NCBI GenBank assembly: GCA_050302075.1
Contig: JBNLAH010000001.1
Span: 196,157 to 260,156 of the forward strand
Length of the DNA: 64,000 bases
From: Parachlamydiales bacterium
GTDB lineage: Bacteria > Chlamydiota > Chlamydiia > Chlamydiales > SM23-39
Reading direction: 5' to 3'
In this document: positions 1 through 10,977 of the stretch, in pieces
Numbering within the stretch: the first letter of the stretch is position 1
Layout: every line of letters starts with the position of its first letter
Position numbers and translations under genes: made by a program
The notes under the pieces: model-generated
The model's input: the letters and a program-made list of their open reading frames with translations, nothing else
The model's database searches: none
Told to the model about the DNA's origin: nothing

Positions 1-93
1 AAGAAGTTGAAAATGATAAAAACTTTTTATTTTTTATGAAAAATCTAAGGAAAAGTAAATGAAAGTCCCCACTTATTTAGTAGGGACATTTAG

Positions 94-1638
94 TTATTTG
101 ATCTTTATTGTATAGTATCTTTGATAGTTTTGGTGACGAACAATCAAAACTACATACTTCTTGTCAGATACTTCCTTTAAAGCATCAACCAAATCATTCA
201 TATTGGTGATCTTCTTTTGATTTTTCCAGTTAATTACAACACCTGTAATTAAATAGTAAGGCCTCAGGCCTGCGATTGCAGCAGGTGAGTTGGGTTCAAC
301 TTTTGTAATTAGTGCACCTTCATCAATACCTTTTAGGCCTAGTTTTTCCAATACATCAAGTGATTGGCTAGCTAGGTTGTCAACATCTATCCCAAGTTTT
401 TGAATAAACTCTGCTGAACTTATTTCATTGTCAGATAGTGTACCTAGCTTCAAAGTAAGACCTTCTAATTTTCCACTTCGCAAAACTTTTAATTTAATTT
501 TAGTGCCTGGATTCATCATGGCAATTTCATTTCTGAACTTGCTAGGATTTTTAATTTTTTTACCATTAAGCTCTACTATAATATCTCCATTAAGTAGCCC
601 GCCTTTTTCAGCAGGGGAGTCTTTTATAATATCTGAAACTAAAATTCCTCGAATGTTTTTATCTAAACATAGTGCTTCAGCCAGGTCTTTATCAACCTCT
701 TGGAGCATAATTCCTAAATAGGCCCTTTTGACAAATCCAGAATCTATAATTTGATCTACAACATGTTTTGCCATGCTAGAAGGTATTGCAAAACCAATCC
801 CCATGTATCCACCAGACTTGGAAACAATTGCTGTGTTGATTCCAATAACCTCTCCTTTTAAGTTTAGAAGGGGGCCGCCTGAATTACCTGGGTTAATTGC
901 TGCATCTGTTTGTATAAAATCTTCCAAGGTTGTAATGCCAAGATCTTGTCTACCTTTTGCGCTAACCACTCCAACTGTTAACGAAGCTTCTAAAGCAAAA
1001 GGACTTCCAATTGCAATTACCCACTCTCCAATTTCTAGTGAATCAGAGTCACCTAGCTTTAAATAAGAAAGACCTTTCTCTTCAATTTTTAAAACGGCTA
1101 AATCTGTTCTAGGGTCTGTTCCAACAATAGTTGCTGGGTATTCCCTGCCATCGTTTAGTACAACGACAATTTCTTCTGTGTCTTTCACAACGTGATGATT
1201 AGTTAAAATATGGCCATCTTGTGAAATAATAAAGCCTGATCCTCTGGATTGTTGAGCTTCTCTTTGTTCTCTATTTCTAAATGCAGGGCCACCAAAAAAT
1301 CTTTGAAAAAACTCATCATTGAAAAAATCAAATGGGTCATTTCTAGAAAAAGGACTTAACTGTTGCTGCTTTATTGTAGCTTTGATAAAAACTGCTGCAG
1401 GTACAGCACTTTTGCCGATTTTAGTAAATGTTTGAGAAGTTTCAAGTAAGTATTTCTTACCATTAGAGTTTAAAGCCAAATCATCATCTGACTCAGAGTT
1501 GTTATCAGTTTTATGTTCATTTTCTGAAAAATATTGTGAAGTATTGCTTCTGTTAATACTTGCTGCATAGGACTGATTAAAAACAAGTAAGCTTCCTATT
1601 GAAACTACTGTTAGAAATTTGAAGATTTGAAATTTCAT
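94..1638 (-). CDS. htrA: Periplasmic serine protease Do (HtrA/DegP), trypsin domain plus 2 PDZ
   Basis: TNHHVV, DLAVLK and DAAINPGNSGGPL triad motifs; two PDZ-like regions; signal peptide. Start moved to ATG 1638, which follows a GGAGG RBS. Confidence 0.95.
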   Translation of the reverse strand: MKFQIFKFLTVVSIGSLLVFNQSYAASINRSNTSQYFSENEHKTDNNSESDDDLALNSNGKKYLLETSQTFTKIGKSAVPAAVFIKATIKQQQLSPFSRNDPFDFFNDEFFQRFFGGPAFRNREQREAQQSRGSGFIISQDGHILTNHHVVKDTEEIVVVLNDGREYPATIVGTDPRTDLAVLKIEEKGLSYLKLGDSDSLEIGEWVIAIGSPFALEASLTVGVVSAKGRQDLGITTLEDFIQTDAAINPGNSGGPLLNLKGEVIGINTAIVSKSGGYMGIGFAIPSSMAKHVVDQIIDSGFVKRAYLGIMLQEVDKDLAEALCLDKNIRGILVSDIIKDSPAEKGGLLNGDIIVELNGKKIKNPSKFRNEIAMMNPGTKIKLKVLRSGKLEGLTLKLGTLSDNEISSAEFIQKLGIDVDNLASQSLDVLEKLGLKGIDEGALITKVEPNSPAAIAGLRPYYLITGVVINWKNQKKITNMNDLVDALKEVSDKKYVVLIVRHQNYQRYYTIKIK

Positions 1639-1782
1639 ATCGAACCTCCAGGTTTTAGCGAAATTATATCTTTTAGGATAGAATTTCACAATATTCACTT
1701 CATGGCAATCGCTATTTTAAATTAATAAGGACTTTATCAAAAAATCAAAAAAGCAAATGACCTTAACTAAAAATTGCTTATA

Positions 1783-4713
1783 TTAGATTTTAAATTTCAG
1801 GAAGCTATCTCCAAGATCGCTGTTGTATAACTCTTTAGAACAGAAGCTTACCAGTTTTCCCTTTGTTTTCTGAGATAAGAGATGTTTTTCAACAGCTTTT
1901 GCAATGTCTTCTTTTTTCGCCATAAGAATTTTATCTCTATATGCTTGGCGAAGCTCTTTAGTTTTTCCAGTCCTCCTCCATATATATGCTGTAGATGCTC
2001 TAGACCCAGGTGAAACAGGGTCATCGATTGATTGAATAACACCAAGCTTTGCATCTTCAATATCTGACTCAGAAAATTTTTTGCCGGCAATCACTTCGAT
2101 TGCTTCATGAAATATCTCTACAGTATTTTTAATGTGTGGATCTCTATATCCATAAAAATAAAATTGACCTGATGTAGGGGAGTAGCTAGCTCCAGCTCCA
2201 TAAGCTCCACCAATTTCTCTAATTTTATTGTGTAAAATTAAATTTTCCATCAGCTCTGTTGCAATTAAAAGATATGGCGATGCAGGATCGGAAAAACCGA
2301 CAGTCTGGAATGCTAAAGAAGAAAAGGCCACTGATATTGGAATAGTATAAGCATGTGATTTTTCTAACTTAAAGTTATAATCTACTTTCCAGGGAACAAT
2401 TTTACTTTGCTTTAAGGAGCTCAAACTATAAAAATTTGTTTCCTTAATTTTTTCATAATGTGATTTATCACAACTGATTACTAAATGCATCTGATTTAAG
2501 GAAAGTAGCTGATTTTTTAGCTTTTTTAATTTCTCGATAAGCAGGGGAATTTCACGATCTGGATTGTAAGCTATTTTTCTAACTAACTTGAGAAAATGAA
2601 CCCCATGCCAATGATCATAAATTGAAGCTCCAGCTGAAAGGCCACTTAAAGATGAAACAATTGCATACTGCATGGCATTTTTTGTAAGTTTATTTTCAAG
2701 AGCGGCATTTAGTTGAAGAATTAGTTGGGTAATTCTCTTAGGGTCTTCTAATTTAGGATTTTTCAGGTACATTTTCAGTATTTCAAAGAGCTCTTCAGTA
2801 TTTCTGTAAAGCGCTTTTCCCCTAATGTTAAAGCTCGGATATAATTTTTTATAATCATCTGATTTGATATGAAGAGATATACTAGAGCTGATTCCACCAG
2901 TATGGGCTTCTTGATATTCTAATGCTTGATTATATGAGAATTTACCACAGCCCAGCTCTGTTAAAAGCTCTGTGAATAAAGAAACATATACAAGGTCTGT
3001 TTTTTCTATGTATGGTAAGTCAAAAAATAGGTCTACATACACTATCTGATTGGTAAATACATCATGAAAGAAAATATCTATTCCTTCTTTACTCTCATGA
3101 ATAAGGTGAAAATCTTTTATCTTTTTAGGAACATCTTTTATATGAATCTTTGGTAAACACTCTAAAGATTGATTCTCTAATTTTGATTGATATATTTTTA
3201 AATTTTTAGACTGCTTAATAATTTCTTTCTTATCACTAGGTGAAAGCTTTTCTTCAATTTTTGAGATAATTTTTTTTTCTTTTTGAAATTCATTATCCAA
3301 AAGTGTCTTGCTGGGTTGCATGTTTAAAGTTAAAAAGTGCTTATTGTCTAAAAAATATTTCTCGATGAAAGAAGGTAAGTATTTTGGATCTTTTGTTTTT
3401 TGTCTCAAATTTTCAAAAAGACTATGGATCATTAGAGTGTTTTCAGGGAAAGCTCCATATTTTTGGGCAAGTGCTGACCTGAAAAAGAGCGAAAGGCCAT
3501 AAGGATATGAGCTGTCCGTAATTTCAGTCCTACTAAACTCCAATTGATGAATAGCTGAAGCTATGGCTTTTTGAGATATATTATTTTTAACAATCTTCTG
3601 AAGGCTTTCTAATAAAAGGTCTTGAAGTTTTAAAACATTTGAAGAGTCTACTCCTCTACAAATAATAATCCATGGGACTTCGCTCATTTCTAAGTCTAAG
3701 TAAGAATCTGCTTGAGTTACTAGTGAAGACTCTAAAAGTTCGTTCTTTAAATAAGAAACATCTGTTCCCATTAAAATTTGATCTAGTAAAGATAGTGTTA
3801 AAAGATTTTCTTGATCAGAGGCTTTAGTTGTTAGCCAAGAAAAGCAAACTATATTTTTTGCTTTATTCTTATCTTCAGGAGATATTGGGTAAAAATCTTC
3901 TACTAATTTTGGTTCTTTGAATCTAGGTTGTTCATCGAATATGTAAGTGCTTTGTTGTTTGCTTGCATGTTTTAGAACTTTTTCATCAATAAAATCCAAA
4001 TGCTTTTGAGTTTCTAGATTTCCGTAAAAGAAAAAAGTGCAACTTGAAGGACTGTAAAATTTTTTGTGAAAATCGACTAGTTCTTTATGAGTTAACTCTG
4101 GTATTACAAAAGGATCTCCTCCAGAATTATGAGCATAAGGCAAATCAGGCACTAAATTAGATAAAATTGATTGCCAAACTCTTGAATCTATTGATGACAT
4201 CGCTCCTTTCATTTCATTATAGACAATTCCTTTGATTTGAAGAGGACCACTCTCTTTTAAGAGCTCAAGTCTATGTCCTTCCTGCAAAAAACTCTCTTTG
4301 GTAAGCAATGGGTTGAATACTGCATCTAGATAAACTTCTAATAAGTTGTAAAAATCTTTTTCAACCTGAGAGCTTGCAGGGTAACAAGTGAAATCAGCAC
4401 CTGTCATTGCATTCATAAAGGTGTTTAAAGATCTTCTTGCCATTGAAAAAAAAGGATCTTTAACTGGAAATTTTTTAGAACCACATAAAACAATATGCTC
4501 TAAAATATGGGCTACTCCATTAGAGCTGCTAGGAATAGTTTGAAAAAGTAATGAGAATAAGTTTTCATCATCATCATTGCATAAATGCATAATGTGTGCA
4601 CCCGTAGGTTCATGAACGCATTCAATGAGGGTGCACTTTATTTCGCTGATTGGAAGATACTTTGTAACTACAAAAGATTTATAGAAACTTCCTACTTTTT
4701 TTAACGCTGGCAT
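1783..4713 (-). CDS. M16C (PreP/insulinase-like) zinc metallopeptidase
   Basis: Inverted zinc motif HILEH, FMNAMT, and C-terminal IREIGGAYG and YRDP; next to htrA as in chlamydiae. Confidence 0.92.
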   Translation of the reverse strand: MPALKKVGSFYKSFVVTKYLPISEIKCTLIECVHEPTGAHIMHLCNDDDENLFSLLFQTIPSSSNGVAHILEHIVLCGSKKFPVKDPFFSMARRSLNTFMNAMTGADFTCYPASSQVEKDFYNLLEVYLDAVFNPLLTKESFLQEGHRLELLKESGPLQIKGIVYNEMKGAMSSIDSRVWQSILSNLVPDLPYAHNSGGDPFVIPELTHKELVDFHKKFYSPSSCTFFFYGNLETQKHLDFIDEKVLKHASKQQSTYIFDEQPRFKEPKLVEDFYPISPEDKNKAKNIVCFSWLTTKASDQENLLTLSLLDQILMGTDVSYLKNELLESSLVTQADSYLDLEMSEVPWIIICRGVDSSNVLKLQDLLLESLQKIVKNNISQKAIASAIHQLEFSRTEITDSSYPYGLSLFFRSALAQKYGAFPENTLMIHSLFENLRQKTKDPKYLPSFIEKYFLDNKHFLTLNMQPSKTLLDNEFQKEKKIISKIEEKLSPSDKKEIIKQSKNLKIYQSKLENQSLECLPKIHIKDVPKKIKDFHLIHESKEGIDIFFHDVFTNQIVYVDLFFDLPYIEKTDLVYVSLFTELLTELGCGKFSYNQALEYQEAHTGGISSSISLHIKSDDYKKLYPSFNIRGKALYRNTEELFEILKMYLKNPKLEDPKRITQLILQLNAALENKLTKNAMQYAIVSSLSGLSAGASIYDHWHGVHFLKLVRKIAYNPDREIPLLIEKLKKLKNQLLSLNQMHLVISCDKSHYEKIKETNFYSLSSLKQSKIVPWKVDYNFKLEKSHAYTIPISVAFSSLAFQTVGFSDPASPYLLIATELMENLILHNKIREIGGAYGAGASYSPTSGQFYFYGYRDPHIKNTVEIFHEAIEVIAGKKFSESDIEDAKLGVIQSIDDPVSPGSRASTAYIWRRTGKTKELRQAYRDKILMAKKEDIAKAVEKHLLSQKTKGKLVSFCSKELYNSDLGDSFLKFKI

Positions 4714-4772
4714 GTAATCTCTTTTCTAAATGAAGTTAATCTAATTTATAGAGAAGAAGATTTTTTGCCAAC

Positions 4773-5009
4773 TTATGTCCACTTACCTTTTTTCTTACAG
4801 TGCTTGCATTCTTGTGCAATATAATTGCACTCTCCCAACAAGAGCATTAACTTATTGCTATCTGCTTGAACCTTTTTCCAGTTAATATTTTTTTTATTTA
4901 AATCCTTTCTCAAAAGTTCGTCAGCTTTTTTTAGTTTATGCTGCATTGAATTAAAGGTTTTCCAGTAAGGGTTTCTATTTTTGTTGTTTGAAAGTATCTT
5001 CCTTTTCAT
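4773..5009 (-). CDS. Small basic Cys-containing hypothetical protein
   Basis: 78 aa ORF co-oriented with its neighbours; resembles 5015-5209 (DLxKKxI...QECxxC). Confidence 0.65.
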   Translation of the reverse strand: MKRKILSNNKNRNPYWKTFNSMQHKLKKADELLRKDLNKKNINWKKVQADSNKLMLLLGECNYIAQECKHCKKKGKWT

Positions 5010-5014
5010 AAAAT

Positions 5015-5209
5015 TTAATGCATTTTTTTACAGCAATTTTCACACTCTTGACCAATTCGGCAAATTTCTTGGCAGTCTCTTTGAAGAGTCTTAGCATCAA
5101 TGCTTTTCTTGTGTAAGTCAGAATCTAATTTTTGACATGCTCTATCAAGTTGTTTTGCTTTTTGCTCTAAATCTTTTTTCTCATTTGGATTTTGTTGTTG
5201 TCTTGGCAT
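5015..5209 (-). CDS. Small Cys-rich hypothetical protein
   Basis: 64 aa, GGAGG RBS upstream, six Cys. Confidence 0.65.
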   Translation of the reverse strand: MPRQQQNPNEKKDLEQKAKQLDRACQKLDSDLHKKSIDAKTLQRDCQEICRIGQECENCCKKMH

Positions 5210-5260
5210 TTTTCCTCCGTTGTTTGTGTACGCAATTTATTTTGCGTAAAAACTTTTCGA

Positions 5261-5491
5261 TCATTCGCATTTTTTTATTAGCTCAATTAGCTCAAGCTCT
5301 CTTATTTTTAGCTCGTCTAATTCAATTTGGTCTTTGTATGCTTGAGAGAAAAATGTAGCCATTCTAGGTTCTTTATATTCTTTGACTGCTTCAATCCTAA
5401 GTTGCAGAGCTGTCTGCATTTGCTTATTGATGCCCAGTTCAGTCTGCAGAACTTCTTTTTTTGCGTTTGTACTTCTATAATCGGCGCTCAT
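5261..5491 (-). CDS. Hypothetical coiled-coil protein
   Basis: 76 aa ATG ORF filling the intergenic gap; no recognisable motif. Confidence 0.45.
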   Translation of the reverse strand: MSADYRSTNAKKEVLQTELGINKQMQTALQLRIEAVKEYKEPRMATFFSQAYKDQIELDELKIRELELIELIKKCE

Positions 5492-5603
5492 TTATAATAT
5501 CTCTCTCTAAAGTTAATTATAAAAAAACGATTAATTTAATAAATTATAATTATCTGGGGCTTTTGATTATTAATTAAGATTTAAAGATTTAAAGCGTAAA
5601 TAA

Positions 5604-5630
5604 AAAAGGCGCTCTAGAGAAGCGCCTTTT
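5604..5630. terminator. Intrinsic (bidirectional-type) terminator after nrdB
   Basis: AAAAGGCGCT-N7-AGCGCCTTTT hairpin with A/T tracts on both sides. Confidence 0.8.
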
Positions 5631-5643
5631 ATAAGAAAAGATG

Positions 5644-6699
5644 TTAATCCCAAACAAGGTTGGAAGCTGATTGATACTCAGTGACTCTTGTCTCAAAGAA
5701 GTTTTTCTCCTTCCCGAGGTCAATTGTCTCACTCATCCAAGGGAATGGGTTTTTTGAACCATATTGGGGTTTTAGTCCAATTCTTTCTAGTCTTCTATCG
5801 GCAATGTTTTGAACATACTCCCTAAACATAGGAGCACTTAAGCCTAATATCCCAGTAGGTAGGCAATCCTCAGCATATTGATACTCCAGCTCGACAGCCT
5901 CCTTGATAAGGTCTGTGACTTCTTTTTTAAACTCATCTGTCCATACCTGTGGATTTTCTTGCTTTATTCCATTGATTAGATCAATTCCAAAGTTCAAGTG
6001 GATAGTTTCATCTCTTAAAATGTATTGGAACTGCTCTCCAATACCCACCATTTTATTTTGTCTTAAGAAAGATAAAATCATAACGAAGCCACTATAGAAG
6101 AAAATCCCTTCCATGATAATGTAAAATCCGATCAGGTTTTTTAAGAATTTTTGGATTCCCTCGTCGGTTTTTGTAGAAAAATCATCTTCCAAGATATCTT
6201 CGGTCAGCTTCATCTCAAAATTGTCTTTATTATAGATGCTGGTGATCTCATTATACATATTAAAGACCTCTCCTTCATCTAAAGCAAGAGAGTCTACAAT
6301 GTATAAAAAAGCATGAGTATGGATTGCTTCCTCAAAGGCCTGTCTTAGTAAGTATTGACGTGCTTCAGGGTTTGTCACATGTCGGAAAATCGATAAAACA
6401 ATATTGTTGCCAACTAAAGACTCCGCTGTTGAAAAGAAGCCCAAATTTCTCATAATTAGCCTTCTTTCTTGTTCTGAAAGCTCATTAGACTTCCATAACT
6501 CGATGTCTTTTGTCATTGCCACTTCATTTGGCATCCAGTGGTTTGCACAACCGTTAAGATAGTGCTCCCAAGCCCATTTATACTTAAGTGGCATTAACTG
6601 GTTAACATCAACTTCATTACAGTTGATTAGTCTTTTTTGAGTAACTTTTACTCGTTTTTTCATTCCATTCATTTCATCATTGGCATTTTTTAAAGTCAT
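5644..6699 (-). CDS. nrdB: Ribonucleotide reductase beta subunit, class Ic (Mn/Fe, R2c) type
   Basis: [21 protein letters not shown] (Phe at the radical-Tyr position), [16 protein letters not shown], and C-terminal [10 protein letters not shown]. Confidence 0.95.
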   Translation of the reverse strand: MTLKNANDEMNGMKKRVKVTQKRLINCNEVDVNQLMPLKYKWAWEHYLNGCANHWMPNEVAMTKDIELWKSNELSEQERRLIMRNLGFFSTAESLVGNNIVLSIFRHVTNPEARQYLLRQAFEEAIHTHAFLYIVDSLALDEGEVFNMYNEITSIYNKDNFEMKLTEDILEDDFSTKTDEGIQKFLKNLIGFYIIMEGIFFYSGFVMILSFLRQNKMVGIGEQFQYILRDETIHLNFGIDLINGIKQENPQVWTDEFKKEVTDLIKEAVELEYQYAEDCLPTGILGLSAPMFREYVQNIADRRLERIGLKPQYGSKNPFPWMSETIDLGKEKNFFETRVTEYQSASNLVWD

Positions 6700-6713
6700 T
6701 ATTTTTTCTCCTC

Positions 6714-9700
6714 TTATTGGCAGCTTTCACAGCCTTCTTCTAAATTACAGACAGGTATTGGCTTTTCATCACGATTTACTTTGATATCACTGGATGCAGA
6801 TTTATTTTTCATCCAACGTGGCTGAATTCCTCTTTTATTAATATCCATTGAAGATTTTTCAATTTGTGTAGCTCCTAGAGATCTTAGATAGTAGTTTGTC
6901 TTCAAACCCATTTCCCAAGACAGCATATACATTTGAGAAAGCTTCTTTCCGCTTGGTTCAGCTAAATAAAGGTTTAAAGATTGTCCCATATCTATCCATT
7001 TTTGTCTTCGGCTCGCACATTCGATTAGCCATTCAGGCTCAACTTCAAAAGCAACTGGGAATCTTTTTTTGATTTCATCAGGAATTCTCTCAATTTCAGC
7101 AATTGAACCATCAAAATATTTTAGATCATCAATCATTTCATTATCCCAAAGATTATGCTCTTTAAGCTCTTTTACAAGATAAGGATTGATAATCGTAAAT
7201 TCTCCAGATAGATTTGATTTAACAAATAGATGCTTGTACATTGGTTCAATTGATTGAGTAATTCCAGTTATATTGGCAATTGTTGCAGTTGGTGCAATAG
7301 CCATTGTATTAGAATTTCTCATCCCATATTTTTTGATGTGCTCTCTAACAGGGCTCCAATCCATCTTGCTTGATTTATTAATTTTGACATTATCTCCTCT
7401 TTCTTTTTCGAGAAGTTCTATTGTATCAATTGGAAGTAGATCTCGATGCCATTTAGAGCCTTCGTAAGTTGAGTACTTGCCTTTTTCTTTAGCAAGTTCA
7501 CTTGAAGATAAAATTGCATAGTATGAAATCATTTCAGTAACTACATCAGCAAATTCAACTGCCTCAGCTGATGCATAGCTTATTTTTTTGATATAAAGAG
7601 CATCTTGGAAACCCATTAATCCTAGCCCAATAGGTCGATGTTTCAAGTTAGATGACTTTGCCTCAGGTATTGGATAAAAATTGATATCGATGACATTATC
7701 TAACATCCTGATTGCTGTTCTTATGGTGGTAGCAAGCCTTTTTTCATTAATTTCGCCATCTTCAATGTGCTTTGCTAAGTTTACTGAACCTAAATTGCAA
7801 ACAGCGGTTTCGGTTTCAGATGTATTTAACAATATTTCAGTGCAAAGATTGGATGAATGAACAGTTCCAATATGATCTTGAGGAGATCTAATGTTTGATG
7901 GATCTTTAAAGGTAATCCAAGGATGACCTGTTTCAAAAAGCATGCTGAGCATTTTTCTCCACAGCGAAGATGCATCAACTTTTTTGAATAGCTTTATTTT
8001 CCCATCATCTACCATTTTCTCATATTCTTGATATCTTTTTTCAAATGCTTTTCCGTAAAGATCGTGAAGATCAGAAGCATCACTTGGGCTAAACAAAGTC
8101 CACTCTTTCTTTTCTTTTACACGTTTCATGAATAGGTCGGGAATCCAGTTTGCAGTGTTCATATCATGGGTGCGCCTTCTTTCATCTCCAGTGTTTTTTC
8201 TGAGTTCTAAAAAGTCTTCTATATCCAGATGCCATGTTTCTAAATATGCACACATAGCTCCCTTCCTTTTTCCCCCCTGGTTGACTGCTACAGCTGTGTC
8301 ATTGGCAACTTTCAAGAATGGAATAACCCCTTGGGATTTTCCGTTAGTTCCCTTAATTACAGATCCTGTAGATCGAACATTTGTCCAATCATTTCCAAGT
8401 CCACCCGCCCATTTAGATAATTGGGCATCATCAGCTATGGTTTTGAAAATGTTATGCAGGTTGTCCATAATTGTTGATAAGTAACAAGAGGATAGTTGTG
8501 GATGACATGTGCCGGAATTGAAGAGGGTAGGGGTGCTTGATGTGAAATAAAATTGAGATAAGATATTATAAAATTCAATAGCTCTTTTATTTTTCTCGTT
8601 TTCATTAAGCGCAAGTCCCATAGCAACTCGCATCCAAAAAATTTGAGGAGTCTCAAGTTTTTTATTTTCATGGTGGATAAAGTATCTATCATAAAGTGTC
8701 TGCAATCCTAAATATGAAAAAAGATCATCTCTAGTTAAATCAATTGCAGAAGATAGTTCATCCAAATCAAAACTTAAAAGGTCTTCAGACAGCCTTTTTA
8801 GTTTGATACCATCTTTTATGTATCTCTTAAAATAGCTTTTGTGTGACTTGGTTAATGATGGGTCTGAAGATGGCAGGCTTAAAGTTTCCCTGTAAATGCA
8901 ATCCAACAGAAGACGAGCTGCAACTTTGCTGTACGCTGGCTCTTTTTCGATTTTACTCCTCGCAGCCATGATATTTGAAAGATCAAGCTCTTTTTCTTTC
9001 ATTCCATCATAAAAATTTAAAACAGAAGTTTCAAAAACCTCCGATGCAGAAACTAGTTTTTCTAAAGATCTACATGCATATGATATTTTTTGTTTGATTT
9101 GTGATTCAGTAATTGTTTTTTCTGAATTCTCTGAAGTTTTTACTTTGAACTTTCTTTTCTTGTCACTGGAAGAGTCAGTGTATTTTTTCTGTCTTTCGAT
9201 AAAATCCTTTTCTCTTTCAGCTCTTTGAAGAATATAATCCTTAGCAACATCAAAAAATTTGTTCTCCATTAAAAGGTTTTCAATGAAATCTTGAATCTTT
9301 GAAACTGATAATGTTTCTTCACTTTTGACTGATTCTTTTACGTTTTCTAGAACTTTTTCGGTCAATTCATTAACTGATGCAATAAGTTCTTCAGGAGAGT
9401 TACTGTCACTTGGGATTTTTCTTGTTTTTCTAAAGGCCTGTTCAATCGAAGATGTGATTTTTATCGGGTTGAACTTAACTAGTGTTGACTTGTCATGTCT
9501 TAAAATCTTTAAATTAGAAAGCGATTGATCTCTTTCAAGTTTTCGGTGATCTCGATAGATAATGTAGTCTTTAGCTACGTCATGGTAACCATTTTTCATA
9601 AGTGTCACTTCGACTACATCTTGAATACCCTCAACAGTCAAACGGGTTCCTTTTGACGCTAACTTTAAAATTTTTCTAACGATTAAGTCAGTTAGGTTTT

Positions 9701-9896
9701 CAATTACTTTCTGCAGCTCTTCTTCCAAAGGGCTTTCTTTTGAGATTTTTTTTGTATCTCGAAATGCAGATTCAAGTGCATATAAAATTCTTGCTCGATT
9801 AAACGGGACTAAAGTTCCATTTCTTTTAACAACTGTGTACAAGTTGTTGTTCGTTTCTTTTTTTTCTTCTTCGACAACAGAAAAATTTTTATTCAT
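6714..9896 (-). CDS. nrdA: Ribonucleotide reductase alpha subunit with repeated N-terminal ATP cones
   Basis: VVKRNG ATP cone plus further cone-like repeats, [21 protein letters not shown], and C-terminal CESCQ. Confidence 0.96.
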   Translation of the reverse strand: MNKNFSVVEEEKKETNNNLYTVVKRNGTLVPFNRARILYALESAFRDTKKISKESPLEEELQKVIENLTDLIVRKILKLASKGTRLTVEGIQDVVEVTLMKNGYHDVAKDYIIYRDHRKLERDQSLSNLKILRHDKSTLVKFNPIKITSSIEQAFRKTRKIPSDSNSPEELIASVNELTEKVLENVKESVKSEETLSVSKIQDFIENLLMENKFFDVAKDYILQRAEREKDFIERQKKYTDSSSDKKRKFKVKTSENSEKTITESQIKQKISYACRSLEKLVSASEVFETSVLNFYDGMKEKELDLSNIMAARSKIEKEPAYSKVAARLLLDCIYRETLSLPSSDPSLTKSHKSYFKRYIKDGIKLKRLSEDLLSFDLDELSSAIDLTRDDLFSYLGLQTLYDRYFIHHENKKLETPQIFWMRVAMGLALNENEKNKRAIEFYNILSQFYFTSSTPTLFNSGTCHPQLSSCYLSTIMDNLHNIFKTIADDAQLSKWAGGLGNDWTNVRSTGSVIKGTNGKSQGVIPFLKVANDTAVAVNQGGKRKGAMCAYLETWHLDIEDFLELRKNTGDERRRTHDMNTANWIPDLFMKRVKEKKEWTLFSPSDASDLHDLYGKAFEKRYQEYEKMVDDGKIKLFKKVDASSLWRKMLSMLFETGHPWITFKDPSNIRSPQDHIGTVHSSNLCTEILLNTSETETAVCNLGSVNLAKHIEDGEINEKRLATTIRTAIRMLDNVIDINFYPIPEAKSSNLKHRPIGLGLMGFQDALYIKKISYASAEAVEFADVVTEMISYYAILSSSELAKEKGKYSTYEGSKWHRDLLPIDTIELLEKERGDNVKINKSSKMDWSPVREHIKKYGMRNSNTMAIAPTATIANITGITQSIEPMYKHLFVKSNLSGEFTIINPYLVKELKEHNLWDNEMIDDLKYFDGSIAEIERIPDEIKKRFPVAFEVEPEWLIECASRRQKWIDMGQSLNLYLAEPSGKKLSQMYMLSWEMGLKTNYYLRSLGATQIEKSSMDINKRGIQPRWMKNKSASSDIKVNRDEKPIPVCNLEEGCESCQ

Positions 9897-9944
9897 ATAA
9901 TGCTCTTTTTGACTTGTTGATGGTTTTCATAGATAAATTCTAGA

Positions 9945-9992
9945 TTACTACATCTAGTACCTTGTTTATCTTCTATATACTATATATTGTGC
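9945..9992. promoter_or_regulatory. Tandem NrdR boxes upstream of nrdA
   Basis: TTACTACATCTAGTAC (9945-9960) and ATACTATATATTGTGC (9977-9992) match acaCwAtATaTwGtgt and are 32 bp apart. Confidence 0.8.
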
Positions 9993-10137
9993 CTTAGTGT
10001 TTTAGTCTACAAAAAAAATGTTTTTAGCAATGTTTAAAAATGATCTAAAAAAAAAGTGCTTAGATATTTTTTTAACCTTTCAATTCCAAATATTTTCATG
10101 GTATGATAATCGTAGTTTTTAGTTCAGAAAAGTGCAT

Positions 10138-10977
10138 ATGAGAAAAGTACATCTTATTCCAAATATTGTTACTGCGTTTGGCTTAGCTTGCGGTCTTTTT
10201 GTAATCTTCAAAGTAAACATGGTAGAGCCCGGTAGCGGTAAATATGAAGTGATTTTAAGTTCAGCTCTTTTGTTGTTGCTAGCTGCATTAGCTGATTTTA
10301 TGGACGGAGCTTTTGCTAGAGTCTTTCGAGCAGAATCTGAGTTTGGAGTTATGTTTGACTCTTTAGCAGATGCTGTTTCTTTTGGAGTTGCTCCATCTGT
10401 TTTAGCTTTGAAAAGTTTATCTTTGGAGCAAGGTACTTTTATTTCATTTATTAGTGCCACTGGTGCAATGGTGTATTCTCTTTGTGGGGTTTTACGGTTA
10501 GTTAGGTTCAATATTAAAACTGTTGAAGCAAAAAAGGACATTATCAAATTGAATGATGAGAAAAAGCATTTTACTGGGTTACCGATACCAGCAGCAGCAG
10601 CAGCATCTGTTTCAGTAAATTTATTTTTCTTGTATCCTTTTTTTGTTAAATACTTCGAAATAGATCAAAATATAAGGGCGATTTCGCTTACAGTAGTAAA
10701 TGTTCTTATTGGATACTTAATGTTGAGTAAGTGGAAATTTCCTAGCTTAAAAGCATTGAATTTTCGAATTCCATCATTTAACCTGGTTTTTATAACAGTT
10801 GTGTTGGGTATCTTGTTCTTATATGGAATCCTTCACTATTTTGCGGTTGTATTCTTAGTTGTAACTTGGGTTTATATTATTACAGGTATTGTTTTGGCAA
10901 TAATAAGAAAAATCGCAGGAAAAAAATCAAAAACCTTGAAAGATTTTGAGCCAGACTCTGATGAATTTGACCTATGA
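10138..10977 (+). CDS. pssA: CDP-diacylglycerol-serine O-phosphatidyltransferase
   Basis: PNIVT, DFMDGAFAR...FGVMFDSLADAVSFGVAP, RLVRFN and FTGLPIPAAA. Confidence 0.93.
   Translation: MRKVHLIPNIVTAFGLACGLFVIFKVNMVEPGSGKYEVILSSALLLLLAALADFMDGAFARVFRAESEFGVMFDSLADAVSFGVAPSVLALKSLSLEQGTFISFISATGAMVYSLCGVLRLVRFNIKTVEAKKDIIKLNDEKKHFTGLPIPAAAAASVSVNLFFLYPFFVKYFEIDQNIRAISLTVVNVLIGYLMLSKWKFPSLKALNFRIPSFNLVFITVVLGILFLYGILHYFAVVFLVVTWVYIITGIVLAIIRKIAGKKSKTLKDFEPDSDEFDL

Noticed and set aside
428..1066. Short ORFs antisense to or nested in long genes (here and at 10119, 21014, 37342, 45412, 50923 and elsewhere)
   Set aside because: They overlap well-supported genes and carry no motifs; treated as shadow ORFs.
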